From an uncultured virus (IMG/VR IMGVR_UViG_3300024346_000043) (lineage: Duplodnaviria; Heunggongvirae; Uroviricota; Caudoviricetes): DNA of 20,000 bases. Below are positions 16,151-20,000 of this stretch, in pieces (position 1 is the stretch's first letter; every line of letters begins with the position of its first letter). The notes beneath the pieces are model-generated. The model was not told the origin of the DNA and did no database searches. It saw nothing but the letters and a program-made list of their open reading frames with translations. Both the position numbers and the translations under genes were made by a program. The stretch is from the IMG/VR virus record IMGVR_UViG_3300024346_000043, one strand, 5' to 3'.

Positions 16151-17886
16151 AGTGGAGATGCCCTTAAATTATTGCCTACTACTTGTTGTGCAATTTCTCT
16201 AATTGATTTAGAGATAAGTAGTCTAGGGTCTCTACTGGTAGGTTTTGATTGACGACCAACTGGTGGTCCTGGGCTAAATGTTGAGTAAGGGTTTTTCATA
16301 TACGAATAAAACGCAGTAATCATTCCTGATCTACTCTCACTTAGTTGACTTACTTTAACCGTACTGGCAAACCTACCTGTACGGTAGTTTAGAACGTTAC
16401 GACTATTGCCGTCACCCATGTTAGCACTAATTACATCTTGTAATTGTGAGTTTATTAAAACTAATAAATTAGGTAAATTAACCTGAGATTGCTCGGGCTC
16501 AACACTTAATCTTAAAGCGGGGCCGACAGCGGCTGGTTTTTTAACTTTGACTGTGGCTTTAAGTTTAGACAAGCTACTTTTTATTTTACTACTAGCTTCT
16601 TTTATATCTTTATCTAATTGCTTGCCTTTGGCAACAGTAGAATTAAAAGACTTTATAGGTACTGGATTAATTTTTGCAATAAAAGGCTTAACTTTTGTTT
16701 TACGCAAGGCTGCTAATTGAACCTCTTTTATATGACTTCTTAGTGACTTAGAACTTTTTAAGTCTAACAAGAAGGCTGCGATTTCTTTTTTGTTATCAGG
16801 AAAAGTACTATATAAAGATTTTCTAACTTCTTTTATATTTTCTTTATAATTTTTATAAATTTGATTAAGCTTCTTAGCAACTATTTTTGCTTCTTGACCT
16901 ATATGTCTAACAGCCATTTTATCTTTAGGATCTACTAAATTATCTCTACTACCTATATCTCTTAAAAGTGCTACTAATCCTAAAGCTCTTGACAATGCTC
17001 CAGAACCTTGATTAGTATTAACATTGTCTATACCTGCATATTTATTTTTATTCTTTCGCGCATCTTTTCCTTTTAACTGCGCTTCAACAGCTACAAAAAT
17101 ATTGCTTCTACTTTCTGTGCCTTTTAATACAGCGGCTGTTAAAGCCTCGTACTCTGGTAATAAGCTACTAGAAGCTAAATCTAGCAGCTCGTGCAGTTTT
17201 ATTATTTTTTCAATAAAATTACCATCAATAAAGTCACCTGCTTGGTATGTAGATTTTAATCTTATAAATGCTTGAGATTCTATATGACCTACTTCAAAAT
17301 TTTTAGAATAATTTTTAAGTTCTTCTGCGCCTAAGCCACAAGCTTTTAAAAACTGTTTCATAACAGTTGCTGTGTTTTTATAAGTATCTGAATACTTTAT
17401 TCCGGTGGCTTCTTCTACATTATCCGTAGTACCGGTATTAGAATATAATTCTAAAGTACCTTTATTACGCTTTTTATAATTTTTATTGTACCATGTTATA
17501 TATGCTTTTAATAAAGGCGTATTATCGTATTTGCCTCTACCTTTAGTAATACCAGTGTCTGTAATTACTGGCATTTTTAATTTGTAAAATTTCCAATGTC
17601 TGCGTAAGCCTTCTTCGGTAACTACTGTTTCATTATGACTTAAAGCCATTGCTCTATTTCTAAAAGTAGAAATACCGCGCTGTTTTGGATCGTTTGGATT
17701 TACAGTATCTTGTATCATCATTGAAGATGTTACACCTAACATTGCTTTTGCCTTAGATACATCTGCAGGAACAGTTAAACTATTTTGTAAACCATCTGTC
17801 CAAGAAGCAAGAGTTTCGGTAGTGCTATTCATATTTTGTAATGAAGCTCTAGCTTTCATTACTGTGCTAAACTCTGATATACTCAT
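16147..17886 (-). CDS. Tail completion protein (T5 p143-like C-terminal domain) with a long basic N-terminal extension
   Basis: 579 aa. C-terminal motifs LNYRTGRFA (about aa 499), YSYMKNPYSTF and RDPRLLISKSIREIA. It sits between the head completion and tail terminator genes, with ATGA overlaps on both sides. Confidence 0.75.
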   Translation of the reverse strand: MSISEFSTVMKARASLQNMNSTTETLASWTDGLQNSLTVPADVSKAKAMLGVTSSMMIQDTVNPNDPKQRGISTFRNRAMALSHNETVVTEEGLRRHWKFYKLKMPVITDTGITKGRGKYDNTPLLKAYITWYNKNYKKRNKGTLELYSNTGTTDNVEEATGIKYSDTYKNTATVMKQFLKACGLGAEELKNYSKNFEVGHIESQAFIRLKSTYQAGDFIDGNFIEKIIKLHELLDLASSSLLPEYEALTAAVLKGTESRSNIFVAVEAQLKGKDARKNKNKYAGIDNVNTNQGSGALSRALGLVALLRDIGSRDNLVDPKDKMAVRHIGQEAKIVAKKLNQIYKNYKENIKEVRKSLYSTFPDNKKEIAAFLLDLKSSKSLRSHIKEVQLAALRKTKVKPFIAKINPVPIKSFNSTVAKGKQLDKDIKEASSKIKSSLSKLKATVKVKKPAAVGPALRLSVEPEQSQVNLPNLLVLINSQLQDVISANMGDGNSRNVLNYRTGRFASTVKVSQLSESRSGMITAFYSYMKNPYSTFSPGPPVGRQSKPTSRDPRLLISKSIREIAQQVVGNNLRASPL

Positions 17887-18449
17887 GTAAAATCCGCCAC
17901 ATATTGGTCTAGTATACGCTTGATTGGGGCAGGTAGGTTAGTTGAGCTAACATAATTAATTTGTGTAGTATTGGGATTTAAGTCTCGGCTACTATGTACA
18001 GAACCATTGTTTCTAGAGTAGTACTCTATTAAATCTAATACAGCTAATCGTAAATCACCGGGTACAGAATCGTATCCTGCAAAATAATTTATTCTATATC
18101 CATTAATTGCTTCGGGAAATACACTGTGTGCTATACTTACTACTGAGTCGTCTTTTTGAACCCAATCTGTAAACTTTGTTAAAGTTGTGTATGTTTTACC
18201 GTAATCACTACTGTACTGTACTGATGCAATACTTACTAATGGTGTTTCTTTAAGTAAGAGCTCTTTAAATCCACCGTCGTATACTTCAACTTTAATATTT
18301 GAGTAGTAATCTACAAAGGTGCGACGGCAGTATGATTTTACCAAGTCACTGACTTTAGGTATTAAGAAATCAATTTCTGAGTCTGAATTTGCGCTAGTAA
18401 TTCCCATGTAAGTTTTGTATTCAGCTTTTGTTACTAAATCTATTGCCAT
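17883..18449 (-). CDS. Head completion / head-tail adaptor protein (T5 p144-like)
   Basis: Start corrected from 18497 to the ATG at 18449 (MAIDLVTKAEYK, 188 aa), which has SD GAGGT. Motifs VSDLVKSYCRRTF, YFAGYDSVPGDLRLAVLDLIEYY and LPAPIKRILDQY are typical of head-tail adaptors. Confidence 0.85.
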   Translation of the reverse strand: MAIDLVTKAEYKTYMGITSANSDSEIDFLIPKVSDLVKSYCRRTFVDYYSNIKVEVYDGGFKELLLKETPLVSIASVQYSSDYGKTYTTLTKFTDWVQKDDSVVSIAHSVFPEAINGYRINYFAGYDSVPGDLRLAVLDLIEYYSRNNGSVHSSRDLNPNTTQINYVSSTNLPAPIKRILDQYVADFT

Positions 18450-18459
18450 AAATACCTCA

Positions 18460-18498
18460 CTTGTTTTATAAAGGCACATTATACCTTTATAAAACAAG
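18460..18498. repeat. Perfect 15-bp inverted repeat with a 9-nt loop, upstream of the head completion gene
   Basis: cttgttttataaagg (18460-18474), cacattata, cctttataaaacaag (18484-18498). Confidence 0.9.
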
Positions 18499-18516
18499 AC
18501 CCCGAAGGGTCTTGTT
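18489..18516 (-). terminator. Intrinsic terminator with a C(UUCG)G tetraloop after the major capsid gene
   Basis: Minus strand: AACAAGACCC-TTCG-GGGTCTTGTT-TTAT, beginning 17 nt after the capsid stop codon. Confidence 0.85.
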
Positions 18517-18533
18517 AAGTTTGTCTCTACTGA

Positions 18534-19931
18534 TTAAGAAGAGTAAACTAATTTAGTAACACCAGCACCTAAGTTGGTAGTAATTTGTTGCATACCAGTA
18601 CGCAAGCTAGCTACCATAACACGGCGTTGTGTCTCTATCAACTCTTGAGTGTCGATACGCAGACCGCGCTGATTACCAACAATAAAGTTACCTGGAGCTA
18701 CGCAGACAATACCAGCTTTGTTAGCTGCAGGAGCAGCAAACTCTGCAGATACCAATACAGGACTACCGCCGATTTGACCTATTTGACCAGTCAACACGGT
18801 AGCTTGTGTTCCAACTTTTTCCATAGTTTGGAAGATAGGGTCTTCTAACAAGTTGTAATATACATCGGTATTAACGATAAAAATTACTTCTGATGGATCT
18901 AGACCCCAAGCACCTAAACCTTTGCGTAGTTTGCGTAAATCTTCAACTTTAGCAACATAACTAGCGGAAACAGTACCTGTAGTAATATTTGCACTTCCTG
19001 TGTTAGTAGCTAAACCAACTAAACCTGTTACTGGTACTGAAGTTGTAGACTCGTTAGACACATTACCGCGCAAGAAAGCAGCGTCAACACTGCGAGCTAC
19101 ACGACGGATCATAGCATCACGAATCATAGGCATTAATGCCAATAATGAATCTTCTTCTTCTTCATATGCAGTATACTCATTAGTAGCAACTTTATATGCA
19201 TTCAAAGTGATTTCTTTAAATTTGTGAGTCTCAGTATTACCTGCAGAAGCACCAGTATTATTACCTGCAGTAACTGAACGATCAGGAAGAGCGCCAAAGC
19301 TACCATTAGTAACCCAAGTAGCAGTTCCTGCTTCTGGATTCACTGGCATGGTCATCACATTAGTTTGCATAGCAACGTTGCGGAAAATAGGAGCAAGCAC
19401 TAAGCGGCGGCGAACTTCATTTTCCATGTTTAATGAAACTTCAAGTTCCCAAACACCAGTTGTACCTTGAGGCTGGTGAGCCCCGTACTTTTGTACCATT
19501 TCACGACCAAACTTTGTGCCATCTAATGACTTACCAGCCATTTTAGCTAACATAACTACTTTTTCTTTGTCAGCATAAGACATACCGTCTTTGCTGTCTT
19601 GGAAAGACATTTTTGATTTTGTCATAGCTTCGATTTCAGCAGCTTTTTCTTTTAAAGTAGCTTCTAAACCAGCGATAACTGATTTGCTTGACTCTTCAGC
19701 AGTAGCTAAACGTTTCTCAACTTCGGCCATCAAGCGCTCGGCGCCAGTGTCACCTGTAGAGATAGAAGCAACAGCGGCTTTAACGCGTGCATCTAATTCA
19801 GCTTCTGATTTGTCAGCAGCGGCTTTGTCAGCCAATTGTTTTGCCTGTGTATCGGCGATGGCTTTAGCAGTTTGCTCAGCCGCTTTGTTAGCTGCATCAG
19901 CCAACATTTGTTCTAATTGTTTAGGATCCAT
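18534..19931 (-). CDS. Major capsid protein, HK97 fold with N-terminal coiled-coil scaffolding (Delta) domain, T5 pb8-like; the frame is also open upstream to the window edge
   Basis: 465 aa. The first ~150 aa are Ala/Glu/Lys-rich. Capsid motifs EITLNAYKVA, EEEEDSLLALMPMIRDAM, DAAFLRG and VLTGQIGQIGGSPVLVS, plus GLRIDTQE. SD AAGGA upstream of the ATG. Confidence 0.93.
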   Translation of the reverse strand: MDPKQLEQMLADAANKAAEQTAKAIADTQAKQLADKAAADKSEAELDARVKAAVASISTGDTGAERLMAEVEKRLATAEESSKSVIAGLEATLKEKAAEIEAMTKSKMSFQDSKDGMSYADKEKVVMLAKMAGKSLDGTKFGREMVQKYGAHQPQGTTGVWELEVSLNMENEVRRRLVLAPIFRNVAMQTNVMTMPVNPEAGTATWVTNGSFGALPDRSVTAGNNTGASAGNTETHKFKEITLNAYKVATNEYTAYEEEEDSLLALMPMIRDAMIRRVARSVDAAFLRGNVSNESTTSVPVTGLVGLATNTGSANITTGTVSASYVAKVEDLRKLRKGLGAWGLDPSEVIFIVNTDVYYNLLEDPIFQTMEKVGTQATVLTGQIGQIGGSPVLVSAEFAAPAANKAGIVCVAPGNFIVGNQRGLRIDTQELIETQRRVMVASLRTGMQQITTNLGAGVTKLVYSS

Positions 19932-20000
19932 TTCCCATTCCTTTTTAATTTCGCCGCTTGCTTCCGTTGAGGATTCTAGCCCTTTAGCTGAATCGCTTTC

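Noticed and set aside
18450..18497. ORF-track start at 18497 (MFYKGIMCLYKTSEVF extension) for the head completion protein
   Set aside because: The extension runs through the terminator and inverted repeat. The ATG at 18449 has a good SD and gives a typical N-terminus.
17024..19227. Plus-strand ORFs 17024-17275, 18585-18848 and 19000-19227
   Set aside because: They are antisense to well-supported structural genes and have no independent evidence.

Overview
The window is a contiguous, entirely minus-strand virion morphogenesis module of an AT-rich, T5-related siphophage (Demerecviridae-like or a distant environmental relative). In transcription order (right to left) it encodes: an HK97-fold major capsid protein with an N-terminal scaffold, whose frame stays open to the window edge; a head completion protein; an enlarged tail completion protein; a tail terminator; a pb6-like tail tube protein; a tail assembly chaperone pair joined by a predicted -1 frameshift; a 1697-aa tape measure protein; a distal tail protein; a DUF1833/gpL-like protein; a 1527-aa NlpC/P60 + gpI-like + gpJ-like fusion; and a repeat-built fibre or adhesin of at least 959 aa that runs off the left edge and is missing from the ORF track. 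The main points of interest are these. (1) The virion looks chimeric: T5-type head, neck, tube and TMP N-terminus joined to a lambda-like/DUF1833-type tail tip, with no p140 equivalent. (2) The K-I-J triple fusion has an internal Gly-Gly motif and a PA14-like insertion. (3) A G-GGA-AAC slippery site is followed by a stimulatory hairpin. (4) A terminator is followed immediately by a perfect-consensus sigma70 promoter in front of the tape measure gene. (5) Overlapping, mutually exclusive hairpins follow the capsid gene. All family assignments come from motif recognition and synteny, not database searches. No tRNA, CRISPR array, integrase or mobile element was seen.
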